Positions 10,359-21,520 of a DNA stretch of 64,000 bases are shown one piece after another. Location: assembly GCA_013265495.1 (NCBI GenBank), contig MU058868.1, forward strand, positions 2,721,553 to 2,785,552, written 5' to 3'. How positions within the stretch are numbered: position 1 is the first letter of the stretch; each line of letters starts with the position of its first letter. Below the pieces are notes generated by a model that did no database searches, was not told the origin of the DNA, and was given only the letters and a program-made list of their open reading frames with translations. Both the position numbers and the translations under genes were made by a program. Source of the stretch: Vicugna vicugna (taxonomy: Eukaryota).

Positions 10359-10789
10359 AAGCGCTGGCCAAGGATCATCTGGGGGAGACTCTCCATCCTC
10401 CCAGAGGTCACGCTGGCATCACATGGACACCTGGCACAGAACCCAGTTCCTAGCCCACCACCCACCCCTTCTCACCCTGGGCTCTGGCAGCAGGCCCGAG
10501 GGGCTCCAGGAGTTCTGATGTGAAGTTGACTTGGGGCTCTTCCTAGGTCACAAGTGGAGCTTTGGCCAGCAGAGGGGCCTGGGGCAGGCGGCCAGCCCAT
10601 CTCCCGCCTGCCCGAGGCTGCTGCGGCCTCCCCGGGCCCGGAGCTCCAGAAGCTCATCCAGGACCCTTTCTCTGGGCGGGCTGGGTGCTGAAGGGAACCA
10701 CTTCCCCTACTGCCAGACTCATTCCGACATCCTTAGTCTCCAGGACTTTTCGGATGGGGGAGGGAGCTCTCAGGAGAGAAGAAAAGCAT

Positions 10790-11985
10790 CATTTTTTTTA
10801 AATTGAGGTGAAATTCATGTAACATACAGTTAACCATTTTAAGGGAACAGTGGAGTGGCTTTCAGTGCATTCATGGTGTTGTGCAGCCAGCCCCCTCGAA
10901 ATGTTTCATCTCTGGAAGACCCTCGCCCCCCCGAACTGGTCTCCCCTGGTCTGCCTCTCTGGGACGCTTTGTCTAAAAAGGATCACGTGCTCTGTGAGCT
11001 TTGGTGTCTGGCTTCTTTCCCTCCGCCTGCTTTTTTTGTTTTGTTTTTGTTTTTATTGAAGTATAGTTGGTTTACAGTGCTGTGTTTATTTCTGAAGTGC
11101 AGCATAGTGAGTCAGCTGTACTTGGACGTCTGTTCCTTTTTATGTTCTTTTTCATTATAGGTTATTACAAGCTTTTCAGTATAGTCCCCTGTGCTGTACA
11201 GTAGGACCTTGCTGTTTGTCTGTGTTGTGCATAGAGTTAGTATCTGCAAGTCCTGAACTCCCAGTTTATCCCTCCCCACTCCTTCCCGCTCTGGTAACCA
11301 CAAGTTTGCTTTCTGTGTCCGTGAGTCTGCTTCTGTTTTGTAAATAAGTTCGTTTGTGTCCTTTTTAAGATTCCACATGTGTGATATCGTGTGGTATTTT
11401 TCTTTCTCTTTCTGACTGGCTTCACTTAGTACAATGATCTCGGTCCATCCGTGTTGTTGCGGGTGGCGTTGTTTCATTCTCTTTTGGCTGAGCAGTGTTC
11501 CATTGTGTAAATATACCATAGCTTCTTTACCCTTCACACGTTTCTGAGGTTCATCCCCATTGCAGCCTGTGCCAGGATCCCCTTCCTTTTTAAGGCTGAA
11601 CGGTCGATCTGCTGTGTGGAGGGACCGCAGTGTGTGTACCCATTTGTCCTTTGATGGACGCTGGGAGGTTTCTCGTCTTTTGGCTCTTGGGAATGATGTC
11701 ACTGTGAACGTTCAAGAGCAGTGTCTGTTTGGACACCTGTTTTCAGTTCTCTGGGGTACGAACCCCGGACCGAAGGTGCTGGGTCATGATGGTAATTCTG
11801 TGCTGGGCTTGTTTAGAATCCTGTGCTAGTTCCCGCCGTGTTACCTCCCCACCAGCGGCGTTGAGGGCTCCAGTTTCTCCACATCCTCACCAGCCCTTGT
11901 TGTTTTCTTTCTTTCTTTTCTTTTTTTCCATAACCACCCTAGTGTGTGAAGAAGTTACCTGGTTGTGGTTTGATTCGCATTTTCT
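10790..11985 (-). mobile_element. Old L1MB-like 3' fragment interrupted by a younger L1
   Basis: tttttttaaattgaggtgaaattcatgtaacatac... runs to ~11025, then resumes at ~11535 (tttctgaggttcatcc...cctttttaaggctgaa...gctgggtcatgatggtaattctgtg). Confidence 0.75.
11028..11533 (-). mobile_element. Younger artiodactyl-type L1 3' end inserted in L1MB
   Basis: tttttattgaagtatagttggtttacagtgctgtg...ctggtaaccacaagtttgctttctgtgtccgtgagtctg...agattccacatgtgtgatatcgtgtggtattt...ctgactggcttcacttagt. Confidence 0.85.
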
Positions 11986-12075
11986 TTTTTCTTTTCAAAT
12001 GGAGGCACTGGGGACTGAACCCAGGACCTCGTGCACGCTGAGCACATGCTCTCCCACTGAGCTGTGCCCTTCCCC
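11981..12075 (-). mobile_element. Vic-1-type SINE (antisense)
   Basis: T-tail + ggaggcactggggactgaacccaggacctcgtgcacgctgagcacatgctctcccactgagctgtgcccttcccc. Confidence 0.87.
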
Positions 12076-12279
12076 TCTGTGTCTTTTAGGTATGTATATT
12101 TGTTGGAAGCTCATTTTGGGGAGCAGAGACTCACAAAAATAATCTTACGCTGTTTCCCCCACAGCACATACGTGCACAGCCATCTTGTCTTTTCATTAAA
12201 ATCCAGCAGAGTCCCATATCTAAAACATAAACATGAAACGCCTAGCGTCCTCCTGGCAGCATGTACCGCTCAGCCTCTA

Positions 12280-12670
12280 CATCAGTGTCCTGGGCCACCA
12301 TGACCAGAGCACCGCGAACTAGGGGCCCAGAACAACAGAGACTGAGCGTCTCACAGACTGGAGCCACGAGGCCAGATCAAGATGTGAGAAAGGCCACGCT
12401 CTCCCTGGAGGCTCCAGGGGAGGGTCCTTCCAGCCTCCTCCGGCTCCGGGGGGGGGGGCACCAGCTGTTCCTGGGCTGTGCCTGCCTCTCTCCTGTCTCT
12501 GGCCCCATCTTCAGGTGGCATCCCTCTCTCCATGTCATCGCCTCCTCTTAGAGGACACTGGTCCGTGGGTCTGGGGCCCACCTGGGTGGTCCAGGGTGAG
12601 CTCATCTCCAGATCCTTCGTTCCCTCTGCAGTGGAGCCTCCTCCTAATAAGGTCGCGTTTCCGGAGGACA
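12280..12670 (-). mobile_element. MLT1-type LTR
   Basis: cagtgtcctgggccaccatgaccagagcaccgcgaactaggggcccagaacaacagagactgagcgtctcacag...ctccctggaggctccaggggagggtccttccagcctc. Confidence 0.65.
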
Positions 12671-12787
12671 CTTGAATCCACTGCAGCTACGCAGAGGGAG
12701 CCTGTGTCTCAGTCACTGCGGTTTTTGAACATGTTCATTTTGATTTTTGTGTGGTCGTGACAGTCGCTGTTTCTGTGGTTTGCACAG

Positions 12788-12876
12788 ATTCGAGACCCAA
12801 AGACCCTTCTTCCCATGCCAGGGGTGATGGTTGGCGACATTGGGAAGAAGCTCGGGCAGAACGGCCTGGACAACGG
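12788..12876 (+). CDS. ACOX3: ACOX3 exon 7, aa 230-259
   Basis: [30 protein letters not shown]; CAG acceptor, GTGAGT donor, phase 2. Confidence 0.96.
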
Positions 12877-13965
12877 GTGAGTGCGCACCTTGGACTCGGT
12901 GATCCGTCCTCGGGGGGGCGTTCCTTGAGGATGTGTGTTCGGTGTATTTCTACCTGTCACCTCACCGGTCCTTCCGTGCTGCCCCTTGCCTTCCTGGACC
13001 CCCGTGGAGGCAAGCAGAATACGGTGGGGACGCGCCTCACCTCCGTGCCATGGAGGGCCATGGCCACTTGAACTGCAACTGCAGGAGGTGTGAATGGCCC
13101 CGAGCGCAAGACAAGCAGTTTTCTCCCCGGCAGGCGGCCTCTCCAGCCCTCAGCCCAGACCCAGGCCAGACACTGGCAGCCCTGGGGCTTCAGCCCGTGG
13201 CCTGGGGCTTGCCTCCCTCCCCCGGAGCTTGGGCATCCAGTGCGGTTCCATGGCGATTCTGAGGGCAGAGCAGTGTTCTGGGCAGAGGTGGCAGCGTGGT
13301 CTGAGATAAGACTCCAGGGTGGGGGCGCTGTGAGGCCCTGCAGCGTGCTGGGAGGAGGGCAGGGACCGCGTCGTGGAGAACCTGTGGTCTCACTGCAGAT
13401 TCCTGGGATTATTAATGGCATGAGTTTTGGAATCAGCCAGATTTGGATTCAAATCCTTGGTCCACCTCTGACTCTTTGTGTTCGCCCGGCCTGTCCCCTT
13501 GTCTGTGAGGAGAACGTGGGCCCTGTGCCGGGCCCTTGTGTGATTCCCGTCTGGGGACCAAGGACGTGGTCTTCCCGGCCGTTTGCTACCTGTCGGTGCT
13601 TCCTCACCCGTGCAGTGGGACTTACACTCCGTCTCCTGGGAAGCCTGGCCGAGAGGGCTCCCTGCTCCCCTGAGATGCTTACTAAAGGGGGAAAGCAAAG
13701 CCGGGGGTTCCCTAGTCGTGCAGCTCACACTGTGCCCCAGGATTTCTTACGTACCTACTTCTTTGTGCACAGCAGCGACCCCACTTAGTTCCCTCAGCTC
13801 AGCTTCTGTCCTTCGAGGCTGAATGCTTGTATCTTACCGTGATGGTCCCGAGGAGCGCTGAGCAGAGCACCCACAGTCACCCCAGCGTGGCCAAGGCTCC
13901 CCTAAACACATGGATTGCACGTTGTGGTGAACAGGGCTCGGAAACTCTGAAGTGCCAGCTCGGTG

Positions 13966-13980
13966 CCACCAGGGGGCGGC
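13966..13980 (+). promoter_or_regulatory. Near-consensus CTCF motif (ACOX3 intron 7)
   Basis: CCACCAGGGGGCGGC versus CTCF core CCACCAGGGGGCGC. Confidence 0.6.
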
Positions 13981-16101
13981 ATGGGGACCACCCCGCCCAG
14001 GCCAGCTAAGAAAGGCTCCCCAAACCCAAGGTCACCCAACCTACTGGGCAGACAGGGTGTCGAAGCAGCCATGCTCCGTCCCTGAGCCTCTGAAGGTCCC
14101 ATGGTGCCCGAGTTCCCCTCCTGGCCCCTCGTCCCCTCCGGCCTTGGTGTGCATGCCCAACAGGGGGCTTCAGGGACACAGGAGATGCTGGGGCTCGCTC
14201 TGCCTGCTGCTCAAGGGGCAGTGTTGTGATTTAGTGACTGTTGTCCGAGATCGTTTATTTTGAGAAAAGCGGTAACGATCTGTTGGTTAGCTTTTGTCAC
14301 TTGATGAAAATTCCCAGGGAGGTGGGAAATCAGAGGCAGACAAATTGCTTGGGTGACTTTTGCCAAATAACTCTAGCATCAGAACGGTGGGGACCCCTCA
14401 GGAGAGCCAGTGAGCCACAGCTTCCAGGAGGCGGGAGGACGTCCAGTGCCGCCTGGGCCCCGGGTGGGGTGTGACTGCAGCGGGGTCTCGAGGAGCGAGG
14501 AGGACGTGGGGTGGGGGCCCAGGCATGAGATCTGGGAGCCCCACCAGCCCCGCCATGTCGCTCACTCTCCACGTCATATGCACACACCCCCATGTTTTCT
14601 GGGGACACTGGGAGTCTGGCTTGCAGGCTGGCCCACAGTCTGGCCACCATTTGACTGTTTCTGGAGCAGCTCCTGCCACGTAGAAGTGCTCAAAACAGAA
14701 CGTGTGAAGTCTTGATTTCAGTTAAACTGAAGCAAATCCTCTCTGAAGTATAAACACACTGACTTGTGTCACCTCTGGGGGGCAGAGGAGGATGAAGAGG
14801 GCACTCTGAATTCTCAGGCTCACACTTGGAAGAGCATCCCTCGGCTTGCAAGTAGCGAGCTGGACCCTGCCAGGGGCATCGGCGCCGGGGCCGGGCGTCC
14901 TTGGAAAGTGGGCCTCAGAACGTGGGCCTTCTGGGCCGGTCAGAGCGGCCCCAGAAAGGCTGTGATGCAGTGGCTCACCCCAGGCAGTGCCTTCAGGGTC
15001 TCGACAGGGCCTGCTGGGAGCTGGAGTGCGGCTGGCCTGCGTTTCACACATAGGAGGGAGACTCACAGATATTGGCTCCTCACCTGAACACCAGCTGGGG
15101 CCTAGTGGCCTCGTGCAGAAATCCTAGTCGCTTGTGAAGGAACGTGGGAGGGGCCCCCCGACCAGCTGCGTCCAGCCCAGGGCTCTGCCCTTCCACTCTT
15201 GCGCTGGAAAGTGCTGCTCTGTTACCCTCCAAGGCTGTCCCAGGACTCGGGGTTTGGTGGAGGTGACCCCAGCTCCCCAAGGATGATGTCTCTCCCGCAG
15301 TTGCTTCATTCCATGACCCTTCTGAAGTGTCCAGTAGGTTCCAGGCATGTGGCCCCATTATGACAGGGTGAGAAGGCCCCTGGGAACTGTCACTGACACG
15401 CAGGTGGCTCAGCGAGCAGCGTGGACGACGGGCAATCTCTGCAGAGTGAGACCACCTGGTACTCACTGCAGGGCGTGGAGGAGAATCGCGGCAGGCTTCC
15501 TGGAGGCGGTAGCCGCACTCTGAGGGCTGCCTGCCTGGAGGTCAGGAGAGGGCCTGGCCGGCTCGAAGATCACGAGCAGATTGACCCAGCCGCGGGCTGC
15601 GAGGAGTGAGGTGCTAATGGGGCAGCAGACAGGGGTCCCGTCAGAGGGCTCTCCACATCTCTCTGGGTTTAGATCCTGCAGGTCCTAGGGGTCCAATGGT
15701 CTCGTGCTGGACATGACATTCCAAGCTGGAGTTTAGAGACGCCTCTGCTCCCCCGTGCAGGACAGGCGGTGACTCTGGATGGTGACTCGGGTGCCGGGCA
15801 CAGGCTTGGAACAGAGTGGGAGCAACGTGGGAGGGAGGGGGCTGGAGAGCTGTCCCCCTTCTCTGCAGGGTGCTGCCATTTTCCCAAAGCTGTTCCTGTG
15901 GGTCGTGAAAGAACGTTCTGTGTGACACTGACAGTGCTTAGTGGTCAGATAAGGTGCTGTGGGGGCTGTTGATGTTTTGAGGTGGTTTGGGTTTTTGGCA
16001 CAAGCTATGCCCCTCCGGTTACCTGGCATAACCTTGTCCCTAGGCTTTTGTCAGGGAGCGATTTAAAACCTCAGTTTGACCTGATTTTGCCACACCGTGT
16101 T

Positions 16102-16104
<3 letters not shown>

Positions 16105-16145
<41 letters not shown>

Positions 16146-16150
16146 ACACT
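16105..16150 (+). repeat. (CA)n microsatellite, about 17 perfect units plus an interrupted tail
   Basis: Directly visible CACA run 16105-16139 then tcacacacact. Confidence 0.97.
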
Positions 16151-16357
16151 CTCCTGGTAAACGTGCGCTCTTGGGTAGAATGGTGTCTTGCAATGTCCTG
16201 ATTTCCGGTGTCTTCTGTCCCAGCTGGGTTTGGTTGTGTCTTCTGTGGGTTCTGCCACCTTCTGAGCCGTCCTGGGCTTTTATCTGACTGGCTTTTGGAA
16301 GCGAGAAGAGATCGACCCGGGGGCCAGTTTAACCGGAAGCACTGTCTCCCCTCACAG

Positions 16358-16454
16358 GTTTGCCCTGTTTCACAAGGTGAGAATTCCTCGCCAGGACCTG
16401 CTGAACCGCATGGGCGACGTCACCCCTGAGGGCGCCTACGTCACCTCCTTTAAG
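16358..16454 (+). CDS. ACOX3: ACOX3 exon 8, aa 259-291
   Basis: (G)[32 protein letters not shown]; CAG acceptor, GTAGCG donor. Confidence 0.95.
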
Positions 16455-17327
16455 GTAGCGGTGCTTCCAGCAGGGCAGTTGGTGGGTGATGAAGCCGTCC
16501 CCGCCACGCCCACCAGACCCCGGCCCCCTGTGCTCAGAGGAGGGGACGGACCACGGGAGCTGCTGGCGGCCCGTGCGAGCCTGTCCAGATGCAGGTGCAG
16601 ATCGGGGTCGGCCGCCCTCAGGGCTCCAGGCGCAATGACAATGCCTCACGCCTCCGCCAGCCCCCCAGGGTCACGCTTAGGGAGGCTGTCCCCACCAGTG
16701 CTGTTTCCCACCGGGGGCTTTGAGGCAAAGGGTCGCCTGCTGGGCCGTGCACATCCACAGTGACAAACAGCGGTCTCTGGTGTCTGGGGCCGACCGCACC
16801 CCGGCGTGCAGTAAGCGTGTTGAGATTTACAACACATTAAAAATAGGTGCGCCTGGGCAATTACCCGTTTTAAAAGACCACAGAGAACAGCAGGTGGTTA
16901 TCACACCTCTTAGAGTGGTTGTTTGAGGGGAGAGAGGAGTTCCAGGGGGTGGGGAACAGAGCCCATTTCAAAAACAAACATGGGTGCAGCTGGGCACACT
17001 GTCCCCGGTCCCCGCCTTGCCTGCAGCCTGAGCTGTGTCTGGTTCTCGGTGGGGTCAAAGAGCGGAGCTTCAGGACCCCCAGCTGGCAGCCTGCAGGTCC
17101 CCATGCCACTGTGTGTCCCCCGTGCCACCCACACCATCCCAGAACAGTTCACAGGACACCAGCCCTCCTTGCGGCTCGGCCCGCCTGGGCCTGGGGGTCT
17201 GTGTCTGGGTGCCCGGGGCGGGGCCGGCAGTATTGAACCAGTAAAGAAAAAGGAGTCCTCCCCCATCCCCGTGCCTGTCCCCCAGGCGACCGTCGATGAT
17301 CCCACATTAATCTGCGTTCCCCTGCAG

Positions 17328-17510
17328 GACGTCAGGCAGCGCTTCGGAGCGTCTCTGGGCAGCCTGTCCACAGGCCGGGTCTCCATCGTGGGTATGGCCG
17401 TCACCAGCTTAAAGCTGGCCGTGTCCATAGCATTGCGGTTCTCAGCCACCAGGCGCCAGTTTGGACCGACAGGCGAGGAGGAGGTACCGGTGCTGGAGTA
17501 TCAGATGCAG
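17328..17510 (+). CDS. ACOX3: ACOX3 exon 9, aa 292-352
   Basis: [22 protein letters not shown]...[28 protein letters not shown]; CAG acceptor, GTGTGG donor. Confidence 0.96.
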
Positions 17511-18399
17511 GTGTGGGTTTCACAAGTGTGGCTTCCCTTTCCTTCTGTCCTGCAAGCAGAGACCTGCTCCTGTGGGAGCTGCAGCTCGGTTACTGGGAGC
17601 TGAGCTGACTCAGGCCGTCAGCAGTGTGAGCGCAGGCAGCTGCGGGGAAGGAGTGGAGCATCTGGGGCGCCAGTGGTCTTCATTCACGGTCTTCAGTTAA
17701 AAAGGGGTGTGTGCAGGCAGCCTCGGTCAGGGACCTGGGTTGGCGCCCGGCAAGACTATGGGAGATGGGCGTGCACGCTCACCCAGCTTATGGGGAAGAC
17801 CCTGCACGTCCAGGCCACGCTCCCACGCCCTCACCCCATCCCTGAGACGCAGCCCCAGGTCACAGCCACCAAGGGTCCCGCCCAGTTCATGGTGACATCC
17901 TTAGCAGAGGGGACACTAGTCCTTTGATGGCAGAGCTGCAGCCCCAGCTGAGCATCACCCAGGTGCCTGGATGGGGTTGGGGATGCATTTTATCACAGTG
18001 ATGCCTCTGCGTCCCCAGCCCTTCCACACGCACTGCCCGCACACCTGGTCCTCACAGCAGGCTGTTTGGAGTGACCACCCTGATGACCCCTGTCAAGAAT
18101 TAGCAGCTAAATCAGGCCCAGGTCTTGGGCCAAGGTGTATTCGAGTGAAACTTCAGGAAACTTTAACTGAATCGCAGTTGGACCTTTTCACACTTCTTTT
18201 AATACAAGCAAGTAAGGAGAAGCCCTGGTTCATACTTGGGCGACACACAGGACCCCCCACCCCCCCGACCCGTGGCCTTTGTGAGGTCACAGCGCACGTG
18301 ACTGCTGGCCACCGGGCATGGGCCCGGGGTTACGAGAGCCCCCGAGAGCCACATGCTTGGGCTCCCAGCCCCGGGTCCACCCTCTCCCTGCTGTGTGCC

Positions 18400-18560
18400 C
18401 TCAGGCAAGGCACTGAACCTCTCTGTGCTGCACTTTCCTCATTTATGAATTGGGACTGGCAGTAGTACCTCTTCATGGGTGGTTGTGAGGGTTGAATACG
18501 TTAGTGCGTGAGGAGCAGCTGATGCCGTGCCCGCGTCCAGCAGACGGTAGAGGATGGTGG
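18400..18560 (+). mobile_element. MIR fragment
   Basis: caggcaaggcactgaacctctctgtgctgcactttcctcatttatgaattggga...cttcatgggtggttgtgaggg. Confidence 0.7.
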
Positions 18561-19093
18561 TGCCGGCAGCGGTGGTGGTTGCCCGGGTCCTTCCTGACTC
18601 CCTAGCCTCCATCTGCACAGCAGTGGGGGTGCGCTGGTGAAAGAGACATGCTCCCTCCAGCTCTCCATGAGCCTCAGCTTCCCCGTCGGGCCTGGGGGCG
18701 ATTGCTTCAGTCCTCGGGCGCTCAGGAAGCACAGGGATTGCCTGGTGGCCCCACACTTGGCGCAGCAGCCTGGCTTCCTTGGTCCCGTGTAGGCTGCATT
18801 TAGTCTGGCCCAGGGGCCACATTGGCGACGTAGCGGTGGGGGGGTGAGCAGGGCATTGCACGTGGCACAGGTGTGCCTTGAGTGGGGTCGTTGGGGTGGA
18901 GGGGGAGCACTGGCTGGGTTGGAGAGCCGTGGGGTCCAGGCTTCACGGGGGTGGGTGCCAGAGATGTGCAGGACCATTTGCCTGCGACAGTGGATGGGGG
19001 CTCCTGGCGCGCCCGTCCTGCACGGCCACCCCGGGAGGTGCGGGTTCTCAGGAGGCCTTGCAGGTGTGCCGACAGCGGTTTTGTTTATTTCAG

Positions 19094-19216
19094 CAATGGC
19101 GCTTACTCCCGTACCTGGCGGCCACCTACGCCTTGGACCACTTTTCCAAATCTCTCTTCCTGGACATGGGGAAGCTTCAGCATGGCCTCCTGGGGAACGA
19201 CCGGAGTGCCACGCAG
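19094..19216 (+). CDS. ACOX3: ACOX3 exon 10, aa 353-393
   Basis: [41 protein letters not shown]; TTTCAG acceptor, GTAAGA donor. Confidence 0.96.
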
Positions 19217-19865
19217 GTAAGAGCTGCGCCCGCTCTTCTCCGCAGTGCTGATCATCGTCTAAATGTCACCGGGGTCCACAGTGTGGCTTCGCAGGGACGC
19301 ATTCCTTCCGTTGTGTGCACCCACGCAGACCTTCAGAATCCTGGCCGTCATCTGGACGCGCTGGGCACGTGTCCACATCCCCGTTCCTCAAGGATGTGCT
19401 GACGCGACTCCCAGTTCCCGTCTGTGAGTTCAGCTGCTGCTCCCCTCTTGAGAACTTGATGGTTTTGCACAATCCACATTGCTGGCCCCTCAGTAGAGTT
19501 CATGGTTCTGATCCTTTTGTAAACAGCCCTACAAAGGTTGGGCTCCAGCTGACTAGATTTGAGTTGACAGGCGAGGCTTTGTGCCAGAGATGAGCGTGCA
19601 AATCCCCTGGGATCAGCCCCGACGTAAAAAGGAGTCCTTGGCTCATTTCTGTGTGGACAGTTCACGGATTGATTTTCCGCGGCCGCCTCATGCTCCCGCC
19701 TGGGCAGAAGTGAAGTGTGAATCACAATAAATGCATTTAAAAACTGATGAGAAATGCTGCAGGTGGCAGTGTGCCACACCCTGAAAAGCCTGTGTCAAAT
19801 CAGCACATCTTGGAAAACTCAGCATAAACATGCAGGCGTCGGGAGGTGGTGGGGGCGCTGGGAGG

Positions 19866-19881
19866 CCAGCAGGGGGCGCTG
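19866..19881 (+). promoter_or_regulatory. Near-consensus CTCF motif (ACOX3 intron 10)
   Basis: GGCCAGCAGGGGGCGCTG closely matches the full CTCF core. Confidence 0.62.
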
Positions 19882-20641
19882 CGGAGCAAGTCAGGCCGGC
19901 TTGCTGGTCCGCGAGGACCTTTCCATCAGGAACGCCGGTATGCCTGTTCCCCGAGTGCGAGTCGTTGAAGCTTTGGCCAGCTGACATTGGAATCGTTCTG
20001 TTAGTAATGTTGTGAAGGGTAGTTAATCGTGCCCTGTTCTTTCTGAAGCTCAGAGGTTTAACCCAGGCACAGGTTAAAGGAGCCCTCGTTGGAAGCTGCA
20101 AACACTGCTGAGGTGGATTGTGTTAGCAGGCACGTGTGCATTTCTCTCTAACCATTTTTTATTAAACATCGAGTCAAAGCGAAAGAGTATTTACCAGACG
20201 TGTCAGGAGGGGAGGTTGGGTCGGTCCCCTGCGGATAGGGCAGTGGGTGACCTGGACTGCGGTCCTCGGGGGCCAGCATCCCGGCACCGCCCCCCACCTG
20301 CCGCGTTCCTTCCTGGTCTCAGCAAAGACGCCCGGCACTTGGGGTCACGCTGTGAGCCGAGTCAGAACGGGTTCTTCTGTGACCAGCCTTACCCCCCGGG
20401 GCGTGCCTGCCGGGCCGAGCTGTGGTCCTTTATTTTCATTGCTGTGAAATTACATGAGTGTGTCCATTCTTAGATGAATCCTATTACTTTTAAGCTAAAA
20501 TTGGGTTTCTTTCTTTTGTCGTTGCCGAGTGTCTCGGATTAGCCTGGAGGGGACGAAGGCCTCTGATGCTTGGGTGGACCTGACCCCGACCTCTGGTGTC
20601 GGGGCCTCTTTTCACTGTTCTGTTGGCTTCCCTCCCCCAAG

Positions 20642-20762
20642 GCAGAGCTCGGACGTGAGATCCACGCCTTGGCGTCAGCTGGCAAGTCCCTGGCCTCGTG
20701 GACTGCCCAGCGGGGAATTCAGGAATGCCGGGAGGCGTGCGGCGGACACGGCTATCTGGCCG
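20642..20762 (+). CDS. ACOX3: ACOX3 exon 11, aa 394-434
   Basis: [40 protein letters not shown]; AAG acceptor, GTAGGT donor, phase 1. Confidence 0.96.
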
Positions 20763-21269
20763 GTAGGTTTTGGAGACTCGTGGGGCAGCTTTCTGTCCTT
20801 ACCCTTGCCATGGGACTCACGACCCGGGGTCAGCAGACTACAGGCTGTGGGCCAGAGTCCGTTTTGTGCGTGAAGTTTTATTGGCACCCGGCCATGCCCA
20901 GTGCGTACACATTTCCCCTGGCGGGGCTCCCACTCCGACACAGAGTTGAGTGGTCGAGACAGAGCCTCCCACGTTTGCCGTCTGGCTCTTTCCGGAACAA
21001 GTGAGCCGACCCCTGCCTTCATCAGGTCTCTCCACTCTGATGCCTGATGCTCCTCGGTCAGAATCTGCGGACCGTGACTGGGCTCAGGGAAGCTGTGCGA
21101 AGGGGCTGCTGAAAACCGGAACAGAAAGGAGCCCATCTGTTCACTTGACCTGCAACTTTCAGTTTAACGACTTGGCAGTAGCCTGGCATCGAGTTCTGTT
21201 CTGATGAAAAATTCTTAAACTTAGAAAAAGAGAGCTTTTATTGGCCTTGGCAGCGTGTGGGCAGCTGGT

Positions 21270-21520
21270 GTGTGGTTAAGAGATTGGGCGGCCGCCCCCT
21301 GGGACCAGATCCTGGCCCTGCTGCCCACTAGCTGTGTGACCCGGGGCAGCTGCCAACCTCTCTGTGCCTCAGCCCTATCTGTGTCGGGGGGGTGCACGCA
21401 GCACAGGTGCCTGCAGTGAGTGAGTGAATTAATGCACACCAGGTGTTAGCAGTGTCAAGCACGGAGCATGTGCCCAGTTACTTTTATTATCGCTGTTAGT
21501 ATTATTATTAGTGTCATCAT
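21270..21520 (+). mobile_element. Near full-length MIR
   Basis: gtgtggttaagag...cccactagctgtgtgacccggggcagctgccaacctctctgtgcctcag...ttattattattag tail. Confidence 0.75.

Noticed and set aside
11112-11702. 196-aa minus-strand ORF with L1-like words (YLHNGTLLSQK, IIVLSEASQKEK)
   Set aside because: A chimeric read across decayed L1 3' fragments, not an intact ORF2 or a host gene.
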